Origin: Callorhinchus milii
Lineage: Eukaryota
Direction of reading: 5' to 3'
Length of the DNA: 64,000 nt
Assembly: GCF_018977255.1 (NCBI RefSeq)
Contig: NW_024704743.1
Location: forward strand, 75,146,001 to 75,210,000
Part shown: positions 53,169 through 64,000 of the stretch, piece after piece
Position numbering within the stretch: the stretch's first letter is position 1
Layout of the letters: every line of letters begins with the position of its first letter
Made by a program: the position numbers and the translations under genes
The notes under the pieces: model-generated
Database searches by the model: none
What the model was told of the DNA's origin: nothing
Seen by the model: the letters and a program-made list of their open reading frames with translations, nothing else

Positions 53169-53460
53169 TTGTCTGGCACATGCATAAGAGTATCCAAACC
53201 AGACTGAGAGCTCCAATGCATCCCACCTACACATGGAAATTTCCCTGGGTCTGGAATGTAATGTGCACTCTTTCCTGGAGGGACGCACCTTGCTAACCTA
53301 AACCAGGAGTATAAGGCAAGAGCCAAGGCTTGCCGACTCCAGAGTATACACTGGGCTACAGCTGGAGTTTAACCAGCTAAAACCACATAGCTTGCCATTG
53401 AGAGCACTGCCTGGCAAGCTTTTCTGTGGCTTGTCCAGCTAGGACCACCTTGCCCACTAT
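53169..53460 (-). mobile_element. Family X copy G
   Basis: Reverse complement reads GTGGTCCTAGCTGGACAAGCC...CAATGGCAAGCTATGTGGTTTTAGCTGGTTAAACTCCAGC...GGTTTGGATACTCTTA. Confidence 0.78.
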
Positions 53461-54004
53461 CTAGGACCTGAATACAGAATTGATAATGTAATAAATTTGA
53501 GCACCTTGAGGCATGAAAGGCACAATATAAATGTTAATTATATTGTATAAATAACATAAGAAGAAGATCCAGAATTTCATTACAGTCTTGAGAGCCATGG
53601 TAATCTTATTCTGCCTGAATTTTAATTTCCTAATTCTAATATTTTATTAATCAATAAGTGTAATTAAATTAGAGTCTCAGTTGTCCAGTCTAGTTATGCC
53701 TAGATTTTTCCCCCTGAGCAGATGTTTGCCAACAAATTACAGTCACTACACTTTAGTGATTCCTGTGAAGCATTTTGAGAAGTTGTCCCGACTTGAAAGG
53801 TGCTCCATTAAATGTAAATATTTATTTATAATAAAAACTTATGCTTACATGTCAAAAGTGACACAGACCAACTGTGACCATTCTATCACATCACAAACAA
53901 ATTATACAAGGTTGCCTCTTGCATTCAAGATCCTTGCCCTCCAATAGCCAAAGCACAGCCAAGGCATGATGGTGACTCCCTCAAAGGCACAATTACAGTT
54001 TGGG

Positions 54005-54325
54005 CTAATACTTCAATGCAGTGCTGAGGGAGTGCAGTGCATTGTTAGAAGTGCTGTCCTTCAGATGATGTGCAAAACCAAGATCCCGCCTGCCTGTTCA
54101 GGTGCTGTTAAAGATCCCATAGCAATATTGGAAAAGAGAAGGGTGTTTCTCTTGTGTCTCCCAGATAAATATAATTGGTCATTCCTTTTATGGGACATTG
54201 CTCTCTGCATACCAGCTGCCAGGTTCACCTACAAATTTACAGTTACTCCACTTTGCAGAAAACTCTGTAGTGCTTTGAAAGGTTTTGTTGTAATAAGATA
54301 CTATATTAAATGCAAGAATTATATA
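54005..54325 (+). mobile_element. Deu-domain SINE, headless
   Basis: GCAGTGCTGAGGGAGTGCAGTGCATTG...GCCTGTTCAGGTG...AAAGATCCCAT. Confidence 0.8.
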
Positions 54326-55134
54326 TTCAACTTAGTATTTGATCAGCTGTTGACAGCAGCTTGACTTCCCTTGGAAACCGCCAGTGACTGATCGTAATCG
54401 CATCCTTTTTCTTCTCCATCATTGCTCACGAGCACCCGTTCACTGTGTACAAGGTTTCCTGTTTTTCATTTAACTATACTAATATTGAACCACCACTAGG
54501 TTAAATGCAAGGTATTAGATACTGCTTCAATTCACCCAGATCTTCTCAAATACTGAATATCCTCTTTGTATTATTGCCTTAAATTGGTGTCATCAGCCAT
54601 TGTTCCAGTGTTACTGCAGCGCTCTACTCAAAGACCAAATTCTATGCCTGTCATACACTCCACCAGGTCACAAACTCTGACACACCCAATGGTATATCAC
54701 CGACTTTTCCATCATTAGAAACATCATTATTTGGTACAAAAAGCAATCATGCTCTGCCAGTGTTTATTTTAGCTGTAATGTTGTAAAATTATGTAATAAG
54801 AATAATTAGATAATAATTTAAAAAGACATGATAAGGCGCTATAATCAAATGCAAGGATTATCATTATTACTATTATTATAATTCTAATATTTCAGATTGT
54901 GCCTTTCATGTTGCGAGAAAATCTCAACGCATTTCACAGAATATACTGTAAAGCGTAGTTAACTGTGTATTTTGTAGGTGACTGCAATTTATGCACAGTA
55001 ATATCCCACTAACTGCCATGATGTGAGTGGAAAAAGCTCAAAGAAGATCAAACATTAGCTTTATAGGAAGAAGGCAGCCATGTAATGTGGCACAGGTTGC
55101 AAAGGTTGCATAGGTTCAATATTGGAAGAGTTTC

Positions 55135-55278
55135 AACCGGATGTGTCTCTCAAGGGAGAGATGAAACTCAGTCCAGTCGAGAGAAATGGAAATTTCCATG
55201 CACATGAGGAACGTTTAGTAGTTTGGTTTGGAGATACTTAAGGATGGTAATGAGTTTCCACGCGTGCTGACCAAAAAA
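55135..55278 (+). mobile_element. Family X copy H
   Basis: GGATGTGTCTCTCAAGGGAGAG...GGTTTGGAGATACTTAAGGATGGT...GCTGACC followed by A6. Confidence 0.65.
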
Positions 55279-57743
55279 GGAAAGGCTTCACTTCAGACTG
55301 GCTTGGCTGGAGCTTTGGTTAATTGAAACTGAAGGTGATTTTCAGTCAATCACCGCTGTTCTGAATAGAATCATACTGCTTGTTCCACCCCTTAGCTGTG
55401 TCTTTGCTAAACATCATTAGTGGTTCTACAGCTGCCATTATACTCTTAAATTGTTTTTGCTCAAATAAGCTTGGTTTTGACAAAAGCTGCTTATGACTGA
55501 GAGCACATCTTTCCCCCAAATCTGATTAATAACCTCCCCACTCCCCTGTAATCCTTCAGCATGTCATGTGCTAATCAGACTAAAGCTTCTAATAAGGGAC
55601 TGTAATCCCTTTACTGAGCAGTTACAAATTGTGACTGTTTGTACGAGATTGTACATTTGACCAAATCCTAACCTACCTCCTACACACATCCAATTTACAC
55701 CAGTTCTGTAAGCAGACAGTTTTGTTTTCTTCTTTATTGCTTTAAATGAATAGCATTTCCCTTTAAGCTATGAGGAGGAGGCTGCTTTGTAACAAATATA
55801 CAATTTAATTCTGACGCCTAACGCAGAGAGTGATATAATACAGTATTAATAAAGCACCTCTTTAAAAGACAATGGAGTGAAATTAACAATGTTTCATATT
55901 GCGTTTGATATGATAATGAAGCACATAACAATAAATTTCATCCCATAATGCAGAGTTTTTAGGGGGATTGGTATTGTGAGGATATGGCTTTAATAAAATT
56001 AAACAGAAATAAAAGGTTAATTGAAATAAGGCAGCACTGATGTTTGTTCTACTTTACCACCTTAATCCGTGCCTCGCATCTTGTTTGTAGCTTTTACAGG
56101 GTTCCATACAATGACTGTAATGTAAGACAGGATCTCAAGATTTGTTAGATAAACATGCAATAATGGTTTAAAGATGACCTGCCTTTGTCCTCTCTGATAC
56201 AGTTAGAACATCTATCGGTGCTTTACATAATTGCGGTTGTTGCTCACTGACAAAACCACACAGACAGAGGTGCAGGAGCAGAAAACATATCGAGCACTCG
56301 TGAACCCTGCACACAATTTGAATGTCGCTGCTTTGCATCTTGCACCAATGTGCACACATTTAACTGTGCACACATTTCAATGAAGTGAAAATGAATAATA
56401 GTCAGCTCGCAGACTAGGCTGTGGCTGCATTTCAGTCTCAGCAGCCATCTTTGTTCATATTTGAGCCACTGCTTCACAGGCAGAGACCAAACCAACCAGC
56501 AAAGTGTATTATATCATTTCTGATTATTTTTTAAAAATTGCATCAAATTTCCAATCCAGACATGGTCTATCTGGTAATGAACAAATATCCGGGTCCTGAT
56601 TAAAAAGTTTTCTTATTCAGCTAAAATTCCCCTATTTTACCAGAGCTAAGATGAACATTCATTTTTTTTAAACAAATAGATTTTGTTTAAAGAAAATTAA
56701 CATCATTGGAAATAATCCCGTGTCAGTGGGAGATAGATAAATGAGAGAAGAAGGCAAAAAAGATTGACGCAGGGTATTTCAAAAGCCTGGTTTTTGAACC
56801 GTGCATATTAATTTAGCTTTCTCATATCTCTTATCTGCATATGTCATCACTTTTCAATGGGATCTGTTTGCATACAATGCTATTTTCCGACAGACCCAAT
56901 AAAATTCATCCAGTATATGTTGTCGACGGTCAAGTAGAATTCATCTGACTGTGACAATCAGAAGGAGCTCAAGCTGAATATCACTGATGCATTAAAATGA
57001 AATAAACCAGTAGTGGTTTTCATCCTGAACATGCTAGTGGCATTGAGATGTTACACAACAGCTTCTTTTTATGGGTTTAATGTGGTAACTGCCATAAACC
57101 AGCCATTTTCATAGCAAAATTATACAACGGGGTTTGAAAAATACAACTTAATGGATTTGGTAACTATTGACTGCGTTATCAAATCCATTTTTAAAGTTTG
57201 CATCCTTCCATCTAATCCCAAAGATTGGTCTCAATTTCTCACCCCCAACCCTACACACCCCTCACACCCGTCCCAACACCAACTTTGACATTTGGTTGAG
57301 TTTGAATCCAGTACTGAGATTTTCTTTGTATTATCTTGGATTCATGCTATTCTAGAGTCTTGTTTGCGACATCAGGGCATCTTCACGGGATACTCACTGG
57401 GTAAATCAATAGCCTAAGAAGCTGCACTGAAACTCTGGAATGGAATTCTTTATGTCCAACCATTGCACTGAACTCTTTGAGTGTCTTTAAGTGCTTTGAG
57501 ACGTCTAGAAGACGGGAAAAGCGCTGAATCAAATGCAAGGATTTTTATTTTAACTCAGGAGAGGGGTAATGGGGGGAGGGGCTTACACTCTGATCAATCT
57601 TTGGGAATAGATGCAAATATTTGATGTTGCATACAGATTTAATAATGCATTTTACATTTATTGAACTCAGTTATGAATGTTTCACCTTCATCTAACAGAT
57701 CTGATACAATAATTGCTGCTTGGAATCAGTTATCCAGACATCA

Positions 57744-58011
57744 GTTCCTAATCCACACCTCTCTATTTACCACGCAGTAAGTTGGTGGTTAGTTAATTGG
57801 CAGATCACTTTTCCACGGGCAATAATCCCTTAAAAAAATGTAGTCACTCAATCCACAACTGTTTGTGGGACACAATTGGCAATTGGCTGCCACGTTTCCT
57901 GCACAAAATATACACTCAATTTACTTAACAGTATATTCTGTGAAGTGTTTTGAGACATCTCAAAGACAGGATAAGGCACTATATGAAATGCAGGATTATT
58001 ATTATTATTAT
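57744..58011 (+). mobile_element. 5'-truncated SINE with the extra central segment and a 9-bp TSD
   Basis: Homologous to 19632-19920. TSD CAGACATCA at 57735-57743 and 58012-58020. Confidence 0.82.
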
Positions 58012-58199
58012 CAGACATCACAAATTTTACCCCATTTGTGGTCAAAGCAAATGTGGTCCCTCCTGCCCTCTTCTGATATCTTACTTTGGTAGGTATCCAC
58101 CCTATAAACACACACTACATTGCCAACTGATTAGATTTGTCCATGGAGTCTACTCTCTGCATTCTACAACACTTTCTCTGCTCAGAACGGTCAAAACCT

Positions 58200-58616
58200 T
58201 TGCTTTTGAAATAGTGCCTATCATATAGGAGGATGTATCAAAGCACTTTACAGGAATAATGTAAAGTCTCGTAACCGTATTTTGCAAGCGAATGCGGCAG
58301 GTAATTTACACACAGCAATGTGCCACAAACAGCAATGAAGTTAATGACCAGTTTTATCTGGGGGATTACTGGCCAGGACACCAGGAGAATTTCCCTTCCC
58401 TTTTCAAATAGTGCCATAGAATCTTTATCATTCACCTGAATAGGTAGACGGGATCTCGGTTTAATGTCTCATCTGAAGGTTGGCATCTCCAACAATGAAG
58501 CTCATCCCCATAACTGCATTAGAGTGTCCGTTTGCAAGTTCCAAGTCCCGACATTGGTCTTGAATCCTCAATCTTCTCTCTCACAGGAGAGAGGGCTGCA
58601 AACTGAGCTGGGTTGA
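58200..58616 (-). mobile_element. Old Deu-domain SINE
   Basis: Reverse body, TCTCGGTTTAATGTCTCATCTGAAGG, and head. Confidence 0.83.
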
Positions 58617-58886
58617 TACTGGTTGATGGGAACATCCCTCTCAAAGATCAGTCAGTCACACTGTACAACGTGCTGGGAGAATCTCAACAAGCCAACCACC
58701 AGCACAGACACTCAGTAACCCAGGAGACCTTGAGTTCAGCGAAGTTAAAAAATAAAAATCAATGAGATGTGTCAAAGCAGCCAGACCAGGAGTAATTTCA
58801 GTCCAGATCTACTAATGCAGATGCACATTGACCAGCAGATTGACAGCTTTTTTTCTGATTTGGTGGAATTGAACAATTAATCACGG

Positions 58887-59010
58887 TTGGGCTGAAATTC
58901 TGGTCGGCAATAGGCACAGCACCTTTGGTGATGCCGCCGGCTTTTAAAGGAATTTTCCCATTATAATTATACATCATCAAAGGTGTAACAGTGCCTGGAG
59001 TTTGGCCCAA
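58887..59010. mobile_element. Small palindromic MITE-like element
   Basis: Termini TTGGGCTGAAATTCTGG and CTGGAGTTTGGCCCAA. Inner arms AGGCACAGCACCTTTGGTGATG and CATCATCAAAGGTGTAACAGTGCCT. Confidence 0.6.
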
Positions 59011-59074
59011 TGGTGACATATGGTGGAAATTGAAATTATTAAGTAAAGTTATACAATATATTATAATCCATGAG

Positions 59075-59345
59075 TCTGATATAGCGTCTTTTTATTGTAT
59101 TTGTAGGTGAATGTAATAGCCAATTTGCACACAGCCAAGTCCCATAACCAACCATTAAGGAAATGTCCCTATCTGAGGGATTGTTGGCCAGAAACCAGGG
59201 GAAACTCCCTTCTCTTTTCAAGTAGTGTCATCACGGCTTCTGTAATGTCCAGCTGAACAGATAGATGGGACTTTGGTTTAATGTCTCATCCAAAGGACGA
59301 CACCTCCAATAAAGTAACGTACCCCTGTGCTGCACTGGTGTGCCG
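59075..59345 (-). mobile_element. Deu-domain SINE fragment
   Basis: GGTTTAATGTCTCATCCAAAGGACGACACCTCC. Confidence 0.78.
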
Positions 59346-59508
59346 ACTTGGGGCTTTTGATTTAAAGATTTTAGTAAAATCTTGCAACGCTGAAAGCAAG
59401 ATAGGATCAGTTTAGCAGCGGTGTTCAGGGAAGTCAACAATAGTTAACAGACTGGAAACTGCAGAGTGACAACAAAGTTAGTCCAAGCATTATGCCTGCT
59501 TACAATAT

Positions 59509-59820
59509 GATAATCCTTGCATTTGATATAGCGCTTTTCACATTTTCTTGATGTCTCAAAGCACTTCACAGAATAGACTATAAAGTGAATTGACTGTATA
59601 TTTGTGGGCGAAAAGCAGCAGCCAATTGTGCACAGCAGTGTCCCACAAACAGTCATGGATTGAAAATGACCAATTTATTACTGTTTTGTTTTGGAGGGAT
59701 TATTATTAGGCTCTGTGTGGAGTAAGGAAACTTGCCCAAGGTTTCGCCCTGCCTGGAATTGAACTCAGGTCTCTCGCTTGCAAGGCGAGTGCTCTAACCA
59801 CTGAGCTACAGGACTCCACA
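59509..59820 (-). mobile_element. Young tRNA-Ala-derived SINE, somewhat older variant
   Basis: Same head and body. Its CTTGCAA anticodon loop is shared with the 2467 copy. Confidence 0.93.
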
Positions 59821-59959
59821 GAAAAGGCAAAGAGGCATAACATGCTCTTGATCACTTAGTAGTAGAAACACAAAGCCCAGAATGAATTCTGTAGTATGTG
59901 GGGGGTCCTTTACGAGAATATTCAAGTGTTATTTGTTGCAGGTGCATCTGCTAACTGAT

Positions 59960-60982
59960 GATACTCCCTCAGGCAGGTGATTGAATGGAGCATGTAGCAC
60001 ATGGATTCTAACAGCTAAGTGTTTGGGAGCGTGAAGGCTACAAATTTAAGTGTCTGAGTGCTCAGGTTTACATGGAGCAGAAAGTTAAAGCAGCAATGTC
60101 AGACAAGGCTGTTACATGTCACTCCTCCTTTATGGATCTGAGCTCCTGGGGATGCAGTAGAGAGGCTTCCTCCGACCCACGATCAAGCAGTGAGATTTGT
60201 GGCAAACAGTCGAAACAGCCGCAGAGAGGGAGGGCTCTGGCTAACACTGACCTGTCGCTAAGCAACAACAACAAATTACACCCTGGAGGCAAAGTCGGAT
60301 TAAGCAGCTGGTGCTGAGTAAGGCTGGTACGCGGCATTGGACTTGGACCTTAAGAACATCAAGGTGGCTGGCACATCACAAGCTGTCCTGTAAAGGTCCT
60401 CCCACTACACTGAAGGCAGACGCCCACCAGATAGCTGACAAAGAAACTCTGAGGCTTGGGGCAACAGCTGCTGGAAGGTGTTACTTGGAGTCTGGGTTTG
60501 TGAACACACGTTCATACGTCCAGCACCTGGAATCCACCGTGATTGGCCTGCAGCGAGGCAAGAAGCTGCTGCTTAAACTCCACATCTCCAACTGGTGGAA
60601 CCATCGCCCGAAAGGGAAGGGATGTGTGTCTGAGCTGCGGACAGGAAGATGGTGGCAATGCTCTCATGCTGGACAGCAATATCAATGGCAAACCATGCGG
60701 TTTTAGCTGGTTAGACTCCAGCAGTACCCTGGTGCATACTCTGGGGTCCCCAAGCCATGGCTCTTGCCAGCCTACATGTAATACTTTCCGGAATTAAGTA
60801 AGCAGAATGCGTCCCCCCAGAGAGTGTACATTCCATTCCAAAAATCTATCTCTGGGATTTCCTTGTGTAGGTGGGATGCATGGAAATCTCAGCTTGGTTT
60901 GGATACTCTTAAACATGGTGATGGGTGTGTCAAATACCCGAATGACACCCCCCCATCCCCAGCCCACGCACCAAAAAAAAAA
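59960..60982 (+). mobile_element. Family X copy I, longest, with a coding-like upstream region
   Basis: 60670-60945 is homologous to copies A and B. A10 at 60973-60982. The GC-richer upstream part has open frames. The 5' boundary is uncertain. Confidence 0.65.
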
Positions 60983-61134
60983 GCTGGAAGTACATCTCTT
61001 CTACAAACCGGATTAATAGCCTAACCCCTCCCCTGCAATCCTTCAGCATCAATTTAGCTGGCTTCCCTTGTTGAGAAAGTCCGCAGAACGCATAAGCATT
61101 ATTTTGTGTTTCCCTTCCAGAAACATAACAACAT

Positions 61135-61420
61135 TATGACACTGTCGGCTGGGCACCTGAGCTGGGGGTGGGAGCCGAGAGAAGTGGGATGGAGTGGGGG
61201 AAAGATGACCAAAAGCGTGGTCAAAGAGTTAGGTTGTGACATGCCTTGAAAGAGGGGAGGGAGGGAGTCGGAGAACCTGGAGGAATGAAACTCCCGAGAG
61301 TGGGGGCAAAATGGCAATGATGGGGCAGATAGGGTGGGGGGACATGAAACAAGCTGGCATTTGCTCTGCAAAGGGAATGGCGAGGTTGGAAGGTTGTAGA
61401 GGGAGGGAGGATGGGTAGGG
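61135..61420 (-). mobile_element. L2 3' fragment
   Basis: Purine-rich reverse homologue of the L2 C-terminus and UTR (GGTCAAAGAG...GCCTTGAAAGAGGGGAGG). Confidence 0.6.
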
Positions 61421-61554
61421 GGTGGAATGGAGGACGTAGAGCAGTTTTTCACTGGGGAAAGAGGGAGGTTTCTGTGTGGAAATTGTACAGCACATCATTT
61501 GGTGTCTGTCCTCAGTCCCCACTCCCTCAGTGGCCGAGAGAAACTCCGATCGTA

Positions 61555-61965
61555 CATCCCTCACATTCACTCCCTCCCCCACATACTCTCTCCCCCCCCC
61601 TCATTCACTCCCTTCCCACAGGAACAATCTCTTTCCCCCTCACAATCTCCCCCTCACTCTCCGCCTCTCTCACACCGTCCCTCTCTCACACACACAGTCC
61701 ATCCAGTCCCTCTCTCTCACACCCATCCTCTCTCCCACCTCTCTCTCTCTCTCCCCCTGCCCCTCCCCCCCTCTCTCACCCCCTCCCTTGCTCACCACCT
61801 TCCCCTCCCCCTCTCACCCCCTCTTGCCCCTCCCCCACTCGCCCTCTCTCGCCCCCTCCCCCTTCTCTCTCACCCCCCCTTCCCCCCCTCTCACCCCCTC
61901 CCTCTCATTCCCCTCACCTTCCCCCCCCCCCCACTCTCCCCCCCCACCCACTAGTTTCCCCCCAC
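61555..61965. repeat. C/T-rich low-complexity tract
   Basis: ~400 bp of CT and C runs with very few G. Confidence 0.9.
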
Positions 61966-62529
61966 TTTCATTTCTTAGGTTATGGCATTTAAGAAATTGT
62001 CCATTCACCCTTCTTCAGGTGCCATTTCTATCTACAATGGGCCCTGCTATATCCATCAGAACATGATTAATTTTGTCAGCCACTTTCTTGTACGCACTCA
62101 AGAAGATTTGTTGGTGCCATATTCTCATTTAATGTTTTTAGCCTCTCTGATATTGGAAATATCTATATTCTTAGAACCCAGCATAACCCTGAAAGATTCT
62201 ATTTATGATTCAATGACATAGATCTTATGGTGAGACAAGATAACCAGCACTGAAAAATCTTGTTCATTTGTTTAACGAAGGTACTAAACCCATTCCTGAT
62301 AAAATTACAACTAAAGTGGAGCAGCAACTCAAGGGTCTGAGCGAATAACAGACACCAAAGCGAGCGCATCTTGGAAAAACGCAAGATAACAGACAAAAGG
62401 CAGACAGAAATAACATTTCAAGGCCACCTTGAAGCAAAGACTGCCACAATTGATGTAGTTGGCGGAGTATATAGCATCTGAGACATTGCTTGTAACATGC
62501 AGTTATTGCCTGAAAAGGGCTGATAATCC

Positions 62530-62872
62530 AATGGGGTGCTGGGATGTGTTCCATTGTTGAAGGTGCCGCTCTTTGGATGAGAGGTTAAACCAAGGTCCCG
62601 ACTACCTGTCCAGGTGGAAATTAAAGAACCCAGGGACTCTATTTGAAAAGAGAAGGGAGTTTATCCCACTGTCCTGGCCAATAATCCCCAAATAAAATTG
62701 GTCATTGACTCCATGGCTGTTTGTGGGACATTGCTGTGTTCAAATTGACTGGTATGTTCACCAATAATTTACACAGTAACTATGCTTAATATGTTATCCT
62801 GTGAAGGGCTTTGAGATGTCCTCCTGACATGAAAGGCACTATATCAAACAAAAGGATTCTATTGTTATTATT
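62530..62872 (+). mobile_element. Deu-domain SINE, headless
   Basis: GGTGCCGCTCTTTGGATGAGAGGTTAAACCAAGGTCC...CAGGTGGA plus tail. Confidence 0.83.
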
Positions 62873-64000
62873 TCTCCAATAGAATGAAAACAAGAAGCCA
62901 AATGCCCTTGAGGAGAGGAGCGAAAATTGCCAAGATGATGAAAAAAAAGTCTTATGAAAAGTGTGGAATAGCAATACAATAGCTGGGGCAAAAAGAGAAC
63001 CAGCGAAAGCAACATCAACCAGCTCAGGCCAGAGCCGGCAATACCATATCTGCTGATGGGCAAGTGGGAAAAATGTACTTCCTACACAGGGCTCTGGAGT
63101 CGTGTGTGAACCTACCAAATAAAAGAACTCACCTTCTCAGTTGTTTTCCAAAATAAAGAAGTCACCAGTTTATATCACCTGCTAGAGTAAAGAGTTTTTG
63201 TGGTCAAAATAACAACACCTAAAGTGCTAATTATCACATCACAGAGTACTCTGGTGCCTGTTGATGTCTGACAATAGGTGTGACACCTCCCTCATATTTG
63301 CCATTGGGCCTGGCAGCCCGCAGAGCATGGTATACCAGCAACAGCAACAACAAGTTGCATTTATATTGCACCCCTCACACATGCTAGTGTCCCACAGTGC
63401 TTTGTGCCAATTAGTGGATTACTGGTTTAACAAAAAAAACTAAAAACTAAGGTCAGATATTGACAAGAAGGAAGATTTTAGATATGTTAATTATCACCAG
63501 GGATAATTGTCACTCCTTCATTTCCACTCCACCACCCCCACTCTCCAAAAATGACTACTTTACACTTGTCAACATTAAACTGCATCTGCCGCTTCTCTGC
63601 CCACTCTATGCTCTCCTGCCATTTCTTGAATTCTTCATCGCAATCTGCCAAGCAGTGTCCTCCTCACCCCACCCTTATTCCACCTAAATTGATATCAGCA
63701 GCATATTTGGAACCACTGATAAGTTTGCTTTTCTCGTACAAGTTCAAATTATTCTTATTATTCTCAGCCTACAAAGTACACAATCAATCCACTTTACAGT
63801 ATATTCTGTGAAGCGCTTTGAGACGTCATGACATGATAAGGTGCTATATCAAATGCAAGGATTATTATTATCATTAGTTGTGTGTTTTTTTTAAAAAAAA
63901 GCAGCTGCCACGCTCTTCCCTCTACCTCAGTCATCATCTCCCATCATTTCTGTTCAATCACTCTTAGCTTTCAGCCCCAGGGTGACTGTCAGGTAGCACA

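Noticed and set aside
61411..62066. Three overlapping 175-196 aa Pro/Ser-rich ORFs
   Set aside because: They are artefacts of the stop-free C/T tract.
1..64000. CRISPR array or prokaryotic system
   Set aside because: No regularly spaced repeat-spacer array or operon-like ORFs are present. The content is vertebrate retroelement DNA.

Overview
This is AT-rich, repeat-dense vertebrate non-coding DNA. The SINE/LINE set points to a cartilaginous fish, plausibly a chimaera (inference). I found no intact host gene, rRNA, true tRNA gene or CRISPR array. The long ORFs are CR1 or L2 ORF2 remnants or repeat artefacts. The window holds CR1 and L2 LINE fragments (one L2 of ~2.9 kb), more than 15 old Deu-domain SINEs, and six young tRNA-Ala(TGC)-headed SINEs that share an L2-type 3' tail. 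It also holds an R4/Dong-clade fossil split by a SINE, and palindromic MITE-like elements. The most notable observations are: (1) a nine-copy, poly(A)-ended family that may be the 3' end of a dispersed R2-like retrotransposon; (2) three SINE architectures on one shared tail, suggesting module swapping and then an internal deletion; (3) a perfect 47-bp direct repeat around a ~750-bp insert of old sequence; (4) a locally templated inverted insertion inside a SINE. Coordinates of decayed repeats are approximate and were read by eye.
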